This document shows, piece after piece, positions 42,782 to 52,624 of a stretch of DNA of 64,000 bases (its first letter is position 1; each line of letters starts with the position of its first letter). The translations under genes were made by a program, and so were the position numbers. This DNA comes from Nitrosopumilus sp. (GTDB lineage Archaea > Thermoproteota > Nitrososphaeria > Nitrososphaerales > Nitrosopumilaceae): positions 608,001 to 672,000 of the forward strand of contig CBDBLX010000002.1 of assembly GCA_965207445.1 (NCBI GenBank). Reading direction: 5' to 3'. Below the pieces are notes generated by a model, which was not told the DNA's origin, did no database searches, and was given only the letters and a program-made list of their open reading frames with translations.

Positions 42782-44488
42782 GTGAAAGTCAAAGTCATAA
42801 AATCGACTTCTGCAAAGTCCAATATTGACATGATCTGTGGATTTGTCTTTTCTGATGATAAAAATAAACTGCCTTTGTTTCTTGTTGATATGTTTGATCA
42901 TGATGATGATGATGATAATAATAATGATGATAATAATGCTCTATTATCTGCCCTCATATCTCAGTCTGTCTGTGATATGTCAGGTAAACGTGGACAAATT
43001 ACACTAATCCCAACATCTTTAAAAAAACCTGCAAAGCGTATACTGCTTGCTGGCCTTGGCGAGCGCACAGAACTTACACTTGACACCATACGACACGTAT
43101 CTGGGATAATTGCAAAAAAGGCAAAAGAGTTAAAGCTAGGCGAGTTTATTGTTGTGCCCCCAACTGAAACTGATCTCTTGTACAGTGATATTGCATCTGC
43201 TATTGCAGAAGGATCTGTTATGTCTACGTATGGATTCAACAGTTTCAAAAGTAAGATTGACAAGTTTGATGATGATGATGCTCTTATTGTCGGCAAGATC
43301 CCAAAAGACAAACTAGCAGATGATAAATCTTCTATTGATGCTATACTGTCTGAGATACTAGCCACATCCAAAAGATCAGAGTTCACACAACGACTACCAA
43401 TTCCACACCCAAATCTTTCCATTTTAATATATAATGACAACAAAATAGAGCCAATTAACACCATATCTGATGCAGTACGCACATCTGTCATTACATCTTA
43501 TGGGAACTTGTTTGTTCGTGGTGTGGCTAATCTACCTCCTAACATATGTCCACCAAAAATGCTTGCAGATATTGCACGTATACTTGCAAAAAAGAACAAC
43601 CTAAAGTGTACAATAATCCCAAAGTGTAATCTCAAAGATCGTGGCTTTGGTGGAATTACAGCAGTAGGACAAGGAAGTAAAAATGAACCCTATTTGATAA
43701 TACTAGAACATTCTGGTTCTAAAAAGAAAAGCACTAATAGCAAACCCATAGTTCTTGTTGGCAAAGCAGTCACATTTGATACGGGTGGAATATCGATAAA
43801 GCCTGGTTCGGGTATGGATGAGATGAAGTTTGACAAATGTGGTGGATGTACTGTCCTTGGTATAATGAAGACTGTCTCTGAGTTGGGATTGCACAATAGA
43901 GTAATTGGCATCATACCTGCAGTTGAGAACATGCCTGGAGGTGAGTCGTATAGGCCTGGTGACATAATAAAGTTGTACAGTGGTAAAACTGCAGAGATAC
44001 TAAACACTGATGCCGAAGGACGATTAATATTAGCAGATGCCTTGTCGTATGGTGAACAACACTACAAACCAAGTCAGATAATTGACTTTGCCACATTGAC
44101 TGGCGCCTGTATTGTCGCACTTGGCACAAATGTGGCCGGTATGATCTCAAATGATCAAAATTTGGCAGATCAAATAAGAAAGTCCTCACAACACACCTCT
44201 GAATTAGTATGGGAACTTCCACTTGACCAAGATTATATGGATATGATCAAATCTTCTGTTGCTGATATGAAGAATATGGGCATTGGGCGTGCTGCTGGAA
44301 CTATTGCCGCTGCTGCATTTTTAAAGAATGCCATTAATGATGATACTCCTTGGGTGCATCTTGATATTGCTGGTGTGGCGTGGATGCAGACTGCAACCAA
44401 ATCGCGCTCTTACAAATCAAAGGGTGCAACAGGATTTGGCTTGCGATTAATAATTGATCATTTACTTAAGATTGATCGCAAAAAATGA
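42782..44488 (+). CDS. pepA: Leucyl aminopeptidase (M17)
   Basis: VGKAVTFDTGGISIK, MKFD, NTDAEGRL, HLDIAG. Confidence 0.95.
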   Translation: MKVKVIKSTSAKSNIDMICGFVFSDDKNKLPLFLVDMFDHDDDDDNNNDDNNALLSALISQSVCDMSGKRGQITLIPTSLKKPAKRILLAGLGERTELTLDTIRHVSGIIAKKAKELKLGEFIVVPPTETDLLYSDIASAIAEGSVMSTYGFNSFKSKIDKFDDDDALIVGKIPKDKLADDKSSIDAILSEILATSKRSEFTQRLPIPHPNLSILIYNDNKIEPINTISDAVRTSVITSYGNLFVRGVANLPPNICPPKMLADIARILAKKNNLKCTIIPKCNLKDRGFGGITAVGQGSKNEPYLIILEHSGSKKKSTNSKPIVLVGKAVTFDTGGISIKPGSGMDEMKFDKCGGCTVLGIMKTVSELGLHNRVIGIIPAVENMPGGESYRPGDIIKLYSGKTAEILNTDAEGRLILADALSYGEQHYKPSQIIDFATLTGACIVALGTNVAGMISNDQNLADQIRKSSQHTSELVWELPLDQDYMDMIKSSVADMKNMGIGRAAGTIAAAAFLKNAINDDTPWVHLDIAGVAWMQTATKSRSYKSKGATGFGLRLIIDHLLKIDRKK

Positions 44489-44492
44489 CAAT

Positions 44493-44624
44493 CTAATATC
44501 CTCGACTATTTCGGTCAGGTTTATCTACATTTGGATTTCTCCATCCGTGTTTCTCCATCATGTGGTTTAGTAGTCTTATGTCATTGTCAAATTTTTGGCC
44601 GCATATAGCACAGATTGAACTCAT
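44493..44624 (-). CDS. Small C2H2 zinc-finger protein
   Basis: CAICGQKF.....LLNHMMEKH; start uncertain. Confidence 0.55.
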   Translation of the reverse strand: MSSICAICGQKFDNDIRLLNHMMEKHGWRNPNVDKPDRNSRGY

Positions 44625-44762
44625 AATATCTGTCTTATACCATACTATTAATTTTGTATCATCTGAATTACCGCAGTAATTACATTTGAATTTTTTTGTG
44701 TGTGTTATTGAAATTTTGGTGTGAACCAACCTATTTTGGCATAATAACAAGATCATATATTT

Positions 44763-46742
44763 TTAAGATGCATCATCAGATGGTGGGCCAATGATTTTAC
44801 ACAACTCCTCCCAGACATTTAGTCCACGCAGCTTCCACGTCTCAACACAACTGAGCATCACACAGAGATTTTCTGCTCCCTTGTCACTCTTCAACTGCAG
44901 ATGACTGTTCCTCTGACCTATTACAGGTTTCATTGACTGTTCTCCAATATTTGTGGTAGAGTAGACAAATGGATACAAAACAAATGTAAAAAGTTCGGGC
45001 GCTGCGTTTTTTAGTGTGGTGCCAAACTTTTTCATTATTTCATATCTGCTTTTTTTGTATCTAGATATTATACCACATAACCATTTTTGAAGTTTTGTAA
45101 CATATGAACGCCTACTCTTTAAAGAGCGGTCGCCACGAGTCCATTTGCGCAACGCGATAAATTTTCTGTTCAACTCATTGTACAGATTGGTAGCAGATTC
45201 AAGTTCACTACGATTTGAAATAGTTCTACTCTCCCGCACAATGTGTTGTGTGCAGCGCTGTTTTATGTGATTTGGAAATACAGTATCATATCCACGGTAT
45301 CCATCTCGACTTATTGCACCAATACAATTTTTGGCCTGTGCTATGAGATCTGTTGCACTACGATTCTGAGCGTACATGTACGCTACAGTGTCATCGTTTC
45401 TAACTGCCATTATCCATCTTTTGGGCTCACCTTTGTATTCGGTCTCATCCATGATTACTGATCGTGATTTTTCTAATTCTGCCATGAAACCATCTCTTAT
45501 GGGTTTTAGCATTGCAGTTTGACGGTCGTATATATTGCGAATTGTCGTATCAGAAACATCTAGTTTGAACAGATTCTTTAAATCTTCTGAAACCATTTTA
45601 GGGGTCTTTCTGTGCGTGGATTGATATGTTACATAGCGAATTACAGAGTAATCGAACTGACCTTTTGGTGGAAGGTTATTTTTAGCTTGAAATTTTGCAC
45701 CACAGTCAAGACAATTGTACTGGGCAGTTTTGTGTAGTGTGACAGTGTGAGGGACAAATTCAGGTATCGAAACTATTGTCCGTTTTTTATCCTTGTGGAG
45801 GTCTTGTATGTTGTTTTTACCACACTCTGGGCAACATGTAGCAATATGTCTCTTTTTTTCTGTTGGTTTGAATATATGAGTGCCACCATTATGCCCTAAA
45901 ACACCACTTCGTTTGTTGGGTTTAGCCTTGTCAGTCTTTGCACCATTTGTGTTGTTTTTGTTTTGTGCAGATGTTTTTGACTTATTATTTTTTGATTTAT
46001 TGTTTTTTGATTTATTTGGATGTATGGCGCCCTGCTTTGATGATGGTGTATGGGCATTCTCATAATAGTTGAGCTTTGTCTCATAATTTTGTATGGTTGT
46101 GTCTTTTTTCTGACTTTGTTTTTTTATAGCAGTGTTATTCTTTTCTAGGTTTGAGTTATCTTCTTCTAATGTATTGACACGGCTCTTTAATGTATTTATG
46201 ATATGATCTTTTTTCTTTAGCTCTTCATCTTTTTTCTTTAGCTCTTCATCTTTTTTCTTTAGCTCTTCATCTTTTTTCTTTAGCTCTTCATCTTTTTTCT
46301 TTAGCTCTTCATCTTTTTTCTTTAGCTCTTCATCTTTTTTCTTTAGCTCTTCATCTTTTTTCTTTAGCTCTTCATCTTTTTTCTTTAGCTCTTCATCTTT
46401 TTTCTTTAGCTCTTCATCTTTTTTCTTTAGCTCTTCATCTTTTTTCTTTAGCTCTTCATCTTTTTTCTTTAGCTCTTCATCTTTTTTCTTTAGCTCTTCA
46501 TCTTTTTTCTTTAGCTCTTCATCTTTTTTCTTTAGCTCTTCATCTTTTTTCTTTAGCTCTTCATCTTTTTTCTTTAGCTCTTCATCTTTTTTCTTTAGCT
46601 CTTCATCTTTTTTCTTTAGCTCTTCATCTTTTTTCTTTAGCTCTTCATCTTTTTTCTGTTCAAGTTGCTGAATTTTCTTTTCATATTTTATTTTTAATTG
46701 AATACATGCATCGTCTGCTTTGTTTGGTCTTTTTTGACTCAT
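44763..46742 (-). CDS. IS66-family transposase with expanded coiled coil
   Basis: TPSS, GH.G, CPECG..C..C, MDET, SRDGY..Y, QRCTQHIVR, TTNIGEQSMK. Confidence 0.9.
   Translation of the reverse strand: MSQKRPNKADDACIQLKIKYEKKIQQLEQKKDEELKKKDEELKKKDEELKKKDEELKKKDEELKKKDEELKKKDEELKKKDEELKKKDEELKKKDEELKKKDEELKKKDEELKKKDEELKKKDEELKKKDEELKKKDEELKKKDEELKKKDEELKKKDEELKKKDEELKKKDEELKKKDHIINTLKSRVNTLEEDNSNLEKNNTAIKKQSQKKDTTIQNYETKLNYYENAHTPSSKQGAIHPNKSKNNKSKNNKSKTSAQNKNNTNGAKTDKAKPNKRSGVLGHNGGTHIFKPTEKKRHIATCCPECGKNNIQDLHKDKKRTIVSIPEFVPHTVTLHKTAQYNCLDCGAKFQAKNNLPPKGQFDYSVIRYVTYQSTHRKTPKMVSEDLKNLFKLDVSDTTIRNIYDRQTAMLKPIRDGFMAELEKSRSVIMDETEYKGEPKRWIMAVRNDDTVAYMYAQNRSATDLIAQAKNCIGAISRDGYRGYDTVFPNHIKQRCTQHIVRESRTISNRSELESATNLYNELNRKFIALRKWTRGDRSLKSRRSYVTKLQKWLCGIISRYKKSRYEIMKKFGTTLKNAAPELFTFVLYPFVYSTTNIGEQSMKPVIGQRNSHLQLKSDKGAENLCVMLSCVETWKLRGLNVWEELCKIIGPPSDDAS
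46206..46655. repeat. Perfect 21-bp tandem repeat x21 (KKKDEEL heptad)
   Basis: 441 bp between first and last Asp codon = 21 units. Confidence 0.95.
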
Positions 46743-46937
46743 AGTATTGGTAAAAACCTTTGATCATATAAGTGTATTTATTATTTCCACTGATTTAGAT
46801 AGATTAATTTAAATATGAGAAAAAATATTATCGTAAAACCTTAAAATCTAAATTATTTTATTTATTCATATTCAAATTTTAAATGAATATATCAGTCAGG
46901 GAGGTTGGTTCACACAAATTTTGTAATAAAGTAGAAA

Positions 46938-47054
46938 ATGCCAGCACTGTTGCTTCCCAAGGGCTCTCGCATCTTAGTAGCACAACAGCGACATCAGGTT
47001 TGACTTCCAAGTTCGGAACGGGATTGGGTCGCACCCTGACGCTATGGCCGGCTT
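46938..47054 (-). rRNA. rrf: 5S rRNA (stand-alone)
   Basis: Reverse complement GCCGGCCATAGCG...CCCGTTCCGAAC..GAAGTCAAACC...GCGAGAGCCCTTGGGAAG...GTGCTGGC. Confidence 0.93.
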
Positions 47055-47258
47055 GTTATGTTATGTCTGAGACTTGCCTATTAACGTAACGAATTTTTAA
47101 CTTGTGCAAACTCGTCAATCATTCTATAATATTTGGTATATCAGAGTTACAATAATGTCAAATATGATCTTCATTAAAATGATAATATTGTTGATAGTGT
47201 GATAGTTTTATAATATTTCGTAAAAAAAACTATTTTATACCTTTGATGTGGAGGGTCA

Positions 47259-50249
47259 TTGGTTTACATGAAAAAAATCATCAGTGTATCCTTGTTTAGT
47301 TTGTTGATTGTATCATCTTTGATTGGTTTTGATATGGCAAATACACAAGGCGGCGATTCAAGTACAAAGATGTCTATCAAAGAGGCTAGTGCTCAAAAAC
47401 CCTACCCGCCTGAACAAATAGGACGCCTCCCAACCTCAGACATGCTACCTGTATGGACACCTAATCAACCAGCACAACCAACTGGAATGCCAGCTGACAT
47501 GAGTAACGTAAATGTTGTGTTTAATGTGGTTATACCATATCTTGGAGGTTGGATACATGAAGATGTCTCTCCATACTTTGCAGACCCCTCTGTTTCATTT
47601 CGCTATGTTACACTTATTCTAAATGTTGGATATGATGCCAGTGCACCCTATCACCCAACTGCAGTAGGTGTATACTCTAATATCGAAAATAGACCTGCAG
47701 CCGAATATGCCGATGATGAGAACATCAATGTAGCTGTAATGCATGCTCTATACCATCTTGCACTAGAACTTGATTCGAACAAAAAGGATCGTTGGGATGA
47801 AATGCTAACTAGTATAGGACTTGATCCTACTGATAGACGTGGTCTTGACCTTGACTGTAGCACCACTCAGACGATATCTGATCCAGTTGTAATTGGTAAC
47901 TTTGCTGGAAAATGTGTCATCGAAGGACGTCAAAATGATGGATTTAACTATGGCAACACGTACTCTTACTCTGGAACTTATCCTATCATACCTAGTACCG
48001 TTAACTATACTCCTGTAAATACTGCTACCAATCTAGTAGACCCCTCAAAGTGGCAACCACAACTAGTAACCAAACATAACACACAGTTTGTACAACAGTT
48101 TGTAACCCCACAATGGGCAAATACAGAGCCATATGCAATAGGATTTAACCCTCGAGACATTAGAACACCTTCTCCTGTAAATAGTGACTATGCAAACAAT
48201 ATGGCCGGCTACAAGGCACAAGCAGATGAAGTAATTAATGCAGTTGCAGGTTTAACAGATGAGCAAAAGATGATTATCGAATATTTTGACAACAAGGCTC
48301 GTGAAGTATTGTTCTTTCCAGCAGTAGAGGCAATCAACCCTGAGACTGGCATGCCACACAGAACAGCAGACTTTTTCCGACTAGACTTTATGTTGCACAT
48401 TGCACAGTTTGATGCAGGTATATTCACATGGCAAGAGAAAGCCATACATGATGCAGTACGCCCAATAACTGCAATTCAGACAATTTACGGTGACCAGATG
48501 ATTCGTACATTTAACGGACAGATGGTATCTGGAAATGACTGGACATCTTATGCTGATGTCGGAGACCACCCAGAGTATCCGTCTGCCACTGCTTGCTTTT
48601 GCGCAGCACAAGCTGCGGCATGGAAACAGTATCATGGTGGTAGTGATACAATTCCAACATTCCAACATCCTCTGTTAGGTCCAGTACCTGGATTCACTGG
48701 TGTCCTACCTGCTGGCTCTTCAATATATGAGCCTGGCATAACTCCTCAAAACAACGTGACTGTAAACTTTGCTACATGGTCTGATTATGTTGATACGTGT
48801 GGTGAGAGTCGTATATGGGCAGGACTGCACTTTAGAGATGCAGTAGATGCATCAATTGAGGTGTGTGATGATATAGGTAATCTTGCGTTTGCATACTTTG
48901 ATACTTTGCTAGATGGTACTGCACAATCGCCTAGAACTCCTGCTGTGGCACTAACCCCTGATTCGGGTGTACAAGAAACGATACGAATAGGTGCATTTGT
49001 TCAATATACAACTGCGATCGATGATACTCACAACTTGAGGGCAATGCAACTCTCAGTTGATGATCTTAACAGTGACTCTAGAATAATGACTGAATATAAT
49101 GTACAACTTGTACCAATAGACATTACAGAGAACATCAACAATGCAAACTATGCTGGTATATCTACAATAATGCAAAATGCAGTTATCAACCAAGGTATCA
49201 CGAACTTTATAGGCCCCGGTGACAGTGTAGCACTCGTGCCTGCAAAACTTGTCTCTGATCAGATTCCAAATACTGTATTGATATCTGCTGGGTCATCTGC
49301 ACCTGTGATACCACGTCTTAATGCTCCTCCGATTTATCTCAATGATACTAGTGATGGCGTATTTAGACTAGTACCAAGTGACACACATCAGTCTGAAAAT
49401 CTTTTAAATTTTATAGTGAGTGAAGGAAAAGAAAAGTTCATTATACTAGTTAGAGATGAATGGACATCAATTGTAACTAGTTTGATTCCAGATTCTGCTA
49501 GTGAATTGGTTGATTATCCTCTGATACCTTTTCCTAGAGCAGAAATCTTTGCAAATAACGAATCTGTTGCCATTGCAAGCCATTTAACATTTGCACAAGA
49601 TCTTGACAACAGATTAAGTGGCTTGATAACATCTCAAGGTGACGCGGATGATGTGGCAGTCTTGTTTATAGGATATCCACTTGACTTTGAGTATAGTGCA
49701 AAAGCTATCTTGTCTGATAACAGTTTGCAGAATTTACGTAATGTGAAATGGTATGGTGTTTCTACAATGATAGGTGAGTCTGCAACATTACGTGATGCAA
49801 GTGTAGCATCTTTTGCTAATAGCGTTGACTTGACGGGAACCAGATATACAGTTCAAAGCAACGACGTTAATGAAAATCTGTGTTATAGATTGCAACAACA
49901 AGGTACCATGTGTAGTCCATATGAATATGAAATATTTGCTTCGTATGATGCAGTACATTTGTTGGTAGATGCTATCATTTTATCTGATCATCGCAACAGT
50001 GATGCGGATCTGACAAACAACTTGTCTGTAAGAGATGCTGTATATCGTGTGGCAGCAGGACAAGACCAGCATCATTTGGCTAGTGACAGAAGAGCTGTTG
50101 GTTCTGGTGCTTTGGGTGACTATGTGCTTAACTCTGCAGGTGATTTGGAAAAACCTAGACCACTAGAGTATTCAATATTGAGTGCAACTATTGATCCGTC
50201 AAATCCATGGACCAAATTATTATCATCATCATCTCCAATATGTCGCTAG
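47259..50249 (+). CDS. Secreted vanadium haloperoxidase-like protein, copy 2, fused to a C-terminal type-1 periplasmic binding protein (LivJ-like) domain
   Basis: Same VHPO core as 15072-16796; C-terminal IRIGA, DLN, IGPGDS, LISAGSSAP, FRLVPSD, YDAV, GDL motifs; start TTG 47259 or ATG 47268. Confidence 0.82.
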   Translation: MVYMKKIISVSLFSLLIVSSLIGFDMANTQGGDSSTKMSIKEASAQKPYPPEQIGRLPTSDMLPVWTPNQPAQPTGMPADMSNVNVVFNVVIPYLGGWIHEDVSPYFADPSVSFRYVTLILNVGYDASAPYHPTAVGVYSNIENRPAAEYADDENINVAVMHALYHLALELDSNKKDRWDEMLTSIGLDPTDRRGLDLDCSTTQTISDPVVIGNFAGKCVIEGRQNDGFNYGNTYSYSGTYPIIPSTVNYTPVNTATNLVDPSKWQPQLVTKHNTQFVQQFVTPQWANTEPYAIGFNPRDIRTPSPVNSDYANNMAGYKAQADEVINAVAGLTDEQKMIIEYFDNKAREVLFFPAVEAINPETGMPHRTADFFRLDFMLHIAQFDAGIFTWQEKAIHDAVRPITAIQTIYGDQMIRTFNGQMVSGNDWTSYADVGDHPEYPSATACFCAAQAAAWKQYHGGSDTIPTFQHPLLGPVPGFTGVLPAGSSIYEPGITPQNNVTVNFATWSDYVDTCGESRIWAGLHFRDAVDASIEVCDDIGNLAFAYFDTLLDGTAQSPRTPAVALTPDSGVQETIRIGAFVQYTTAIDDTHNLRAMQLSVDDLNSDSRIMTEYNVQLVPIDITENINNANYAGISTIMQNAVINQGITNFIGPGDSVALVPAKLVSDQIPNTVLISAGSSAPVIPRLNAPPIYLNDTSDGVFRLVPSDTHQSENLLNFIVSEGKEKFIILVRDEWTSIVTSLIPDSASELVDYPLIPFPRAEIFANNESVAIASHLTFAQDLDNRLSGLITSQGDADDVAVLFIGYPLDFEYSAKAILSDNSLQNLRNVKWYGVSTMIGESATLRDASVASFANSVDLTGTRYTVQSNDVNENLCYRLQQQGTMCSPYEYEIFASYDAVHLLVDAIILSDHRNSDADLTNNLSVRDAVYRVAAGQDQHHLASDRRAVGSGALGDYVLNSAGDLEKPRPLEYSILSATIDPSNPWTKLLSSSSPICR

Positions 50250-50424
50250 TTGTCTCAAATACTATATTTACAGTACAATAAAGATACCATTAAAAATATA
50301 ATCAAAAGTACTTGTAGTATGTCTATGATATTTTTTGATTAAAATAATTTTGCAAAGCAGTATTTGTAAATAAAATATATGATTAAACTACTTTAACCTG
50401 TCAGTGGTGCTATTGACGTTATTG

Positions 50425-50572
50425 ACGTGAACCAATATCCATAAATAATATAATCATTTAAAAATAACTACTAGCCAAATGCATCGCATGTACGATACTC
50501 GATATGCAGAAAAAATGTGAGCAAATACACGTATGTGATTTTATTATTATATCCAAAGAGTTTGGTTCACAC
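50425..50572 (+). mobile_element. Full-length 148-bp MITE family A with 8-bp TSD CGTTATTG
   Basis: (AC)GTGAACCAA ... TTGGTTCACAC; CGTTATTG at 50417-50424 and 50573-50580. Confidence 0.82.
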
Positions 50573-50585
50573 CGTTATTGATATT

Positions 50586-50683
50586 GATGCTATTGTGGTG
50601 ATGCTATTGTGGTGATGCTATTGTGGTGATGCTATTGTGGTGATGCTATTGTGGTGATGCTATTGTGGTGATGCTATTGTGGT
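50586..50683. repeat. Perfect 14-bp tandem repeat GATGCTATTGTGGT x7
   Basis: Directly visible, no spacers. Confidence 0.95.
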
Positions 50684-50808
50684 GATGATGGTGTTATTGT
50701 TTTTATTGTAATTTTATTTACAAATCTACAATCTACAATTAAACGATTATTATAATATCATTTAGACTTATGCACCACGTATAAAACGAGTATATTTTAG
50801 CACAATAC

Positions 50809-52605
50809 ATGACTCATCGTGTTGCGGTACTTGACAAAGACTTGTGTCAGCCTAGAAAATGTGGTCTAGAATGTATTAAATACTGTCCTGTAAACAAATC
50901 TGGTGCTGATTGTATAGTCCTTGATGAGACCTCAAAAAAGGCTACTATTGATGAGAATATATGCAATGGATGTGGCATATGTGTCAAGGTATGTCCGTTT
51001 GATGCCATTACCATAGTAAATCTTGCAGAAGAGCTTGCAACTGACAAGATACACCAATACGGACCAAATTCGTTTCGACTGTATCGTCTACCTGTGCCAA
51101 AAAAAGGTGAAGTTATGGGATTGCTTGGACGAAATGGAATGGGAAAGAGCACCATAATCAACATACTGTCTGGTAGTATGCCGCCGAATTTGGGGCGCTA
51201 TGATGACCCTCCACAATGGGATGAGATTTTACAATATTACAGTGGCACTGAACTCAAACGACACTTTGAAAAGATAATGAACAACGAGTTGAGATCATCT
51301 ATAAAACCGCAACAAGTCCAGATGATTTCATCTGCATTTGATGGAACTGCATCAGAGTTAATTGAGAAATATGATGAACGCAATGTTTCACAAAAGATGA
51401 TCACTGATCTGAATCTTGAAAACTCCGTTGATCGTATGGTACAAGAGTTGAGTGGTGGTGAGCTACAACGTGTTGCAGTTGCAGTTGCTGCATCTCGTGA
51501 TGCTGATTTTTACTTTTTTGATGAGCCTTCTTCTTACAATGATGTCTTTCAGCGAATGGCAGTCGGACGCGTCATACAAAATTTGGCCAAAATAGGAAAG
51601 AGTGTGATGGTAGTTGAGCATGATTTAACACTACTTGACTTTCTAAGTGATTATATTGATGTAGTATATGGTGAGCCTGCCGCATACGGGATTGTATCTG
51701 GTGTACTCTCAACTAGAGTGGGTGTTAATGTCTTTCTTGATGGATATCTGCCTTCTGAGAATGTCAGATTTAGAGAAAAAAAGTTCTCATTTGATGCATC
51801 TTCTGCAACTACACCTGATGATGTTTTTGATGCAGGTGATGTGATCGTATCGTATCCACAAATTGAAAAAAAGTATGATTCTTTTGATGTTTCAATAAAT
51901 GCTGGTCGTGTACGAAAGGGTGAGATATTGGGTGTGATGGGTGCAAATGCACTTGGCAAGACTACTATGATGAAGATGATTGCAGGTGTGTTAAATCCTG
52001 ATTTGGGACATGTTGATTCTAAATTAAAACTTGCATACAAACCACAATACTTGGATAACTCAAAAAACCCCAATGTTGATGTCGTTTCGTTATTATCAAA
52101 GGCAAATGATAATCAGATCGAGGGCAGCATTGAGGAAGAGCAGGTAGTGGACCCGTTGCGCATAAAAAAGTTGTATAACAAATCCGTATCCACACTATCT
52201 GGTGGTGAACTGCAAAAGGTGGCAATTGCTACATGTCTGTTACAAAAGGTTGATTTGTATGCGCTAGATGAACCGTCTGCATTTTTGGATGTAGAGGATA
52301 GAATAACTCTTGCAAAGTTTATTCAAAAGTTTGTTCGTTCATTTGGCAAATCCGCAATTATAATTGATCATGATTTACAGCTTATGGATCTTGTCTCTGA
52401 TTCAATGATTATATTTGAAGGGCAGCCAGGTATTCGTGGTACTGCCACAAGTCCATTACCAAAAGTAGATGCAATGAATAGATTTTTGAGATCACTTGAT
52501 ATGTCATTTAGGCGAGATGAGAAAAGTATGCGCCCCCGCGTAAACAAGCCTGAAAGCAGACTTGACAAGACACAAAAGACAGCAGGCACATTTTATTATA
52601 CATGA
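50809..52605 (+). CDS. rli1: Ribosome recycling ATPase ABCE1/Rli1
   Basis: N-terminal Fe-S (CQPRKC..C...CP; CNGCGICVKVCP), two ABC domains with LSGGELQ. Confidence 0.96.
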   Translation: MTHRVAVLDKDLCQPRKCGLECIKYCPVNKSGADCIVLDETSKKATIDENICNGCGICVKVCPFDAITIVNLAEELATDKIHQYGPNSFRLYRLPVPKKGEVMGLLGRNGMGKSTIINILSGSMPPNLGRYDDPPQWDEILQYYSGTELKRHFEKIMNNELRSSIKPQQVQMISSAFDGTASELIEKYDERNVSQKMITDLNLENSVDRMVQELSGGELQRVAVAVAASRDADFYFFDEPSSYNDVFQRMAVGRVIQNLAKIGKSVMVVEHDLTLLDFLSDYIDVVYGEPAAYGIVSGVLSTRVGVNVFLDGYLPSENVRFREKKFSFDASSATTPDDVFDAGDVIVSYPQIEKKYDSFDVSINAGRVRKGEILGVMGANALGKTTMMKMIAGVLNPDLGHVDSKLKLAYKPQYLDNSKNPNVDVVSLLSKANDNQIEGSIEEEQVVDPLRIKKLYNKSVSTLSGGELQKVAIATCLLQKVDLYALDEPSAFLDVEDRITLAKFIQKFVRSFGKSAIIIDHDLQLMDLVSDSMIIFEGQPGIRGTATSPLPKVDAMNRFLRSLDMSFRRDEKSMRPRVNKPESRLDKTQKTAGTFYYT

Positions 52606-52624
52606 TGTGATTGCAGTGACGCGA

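Larger units (their letters stand above)
44719..46915 (-). mobile_element. Complete single-ORF IS66-family element (2.2 kb), 14-bp TIR, 8-bp TSD
   Basis: GTGTGAACCAACCT 44719-44732 / AGGTTGGTTCACAC 46902-46915; AAATTTTG at 44711-44718 and 46916-46923. Confidence 0.92.

Noticed and set aside
46883..47089. 68-aa ORF
   Set aside because: Antisense to the 5S rRNA and spans the IS66 end.
50586..50683. Short repeat arrays (also 3344, 12552, 46206) as CRISPR arrays
   Set aside because: Units are head-to-tail with no unique spacers, and there are no cas genes in the window.
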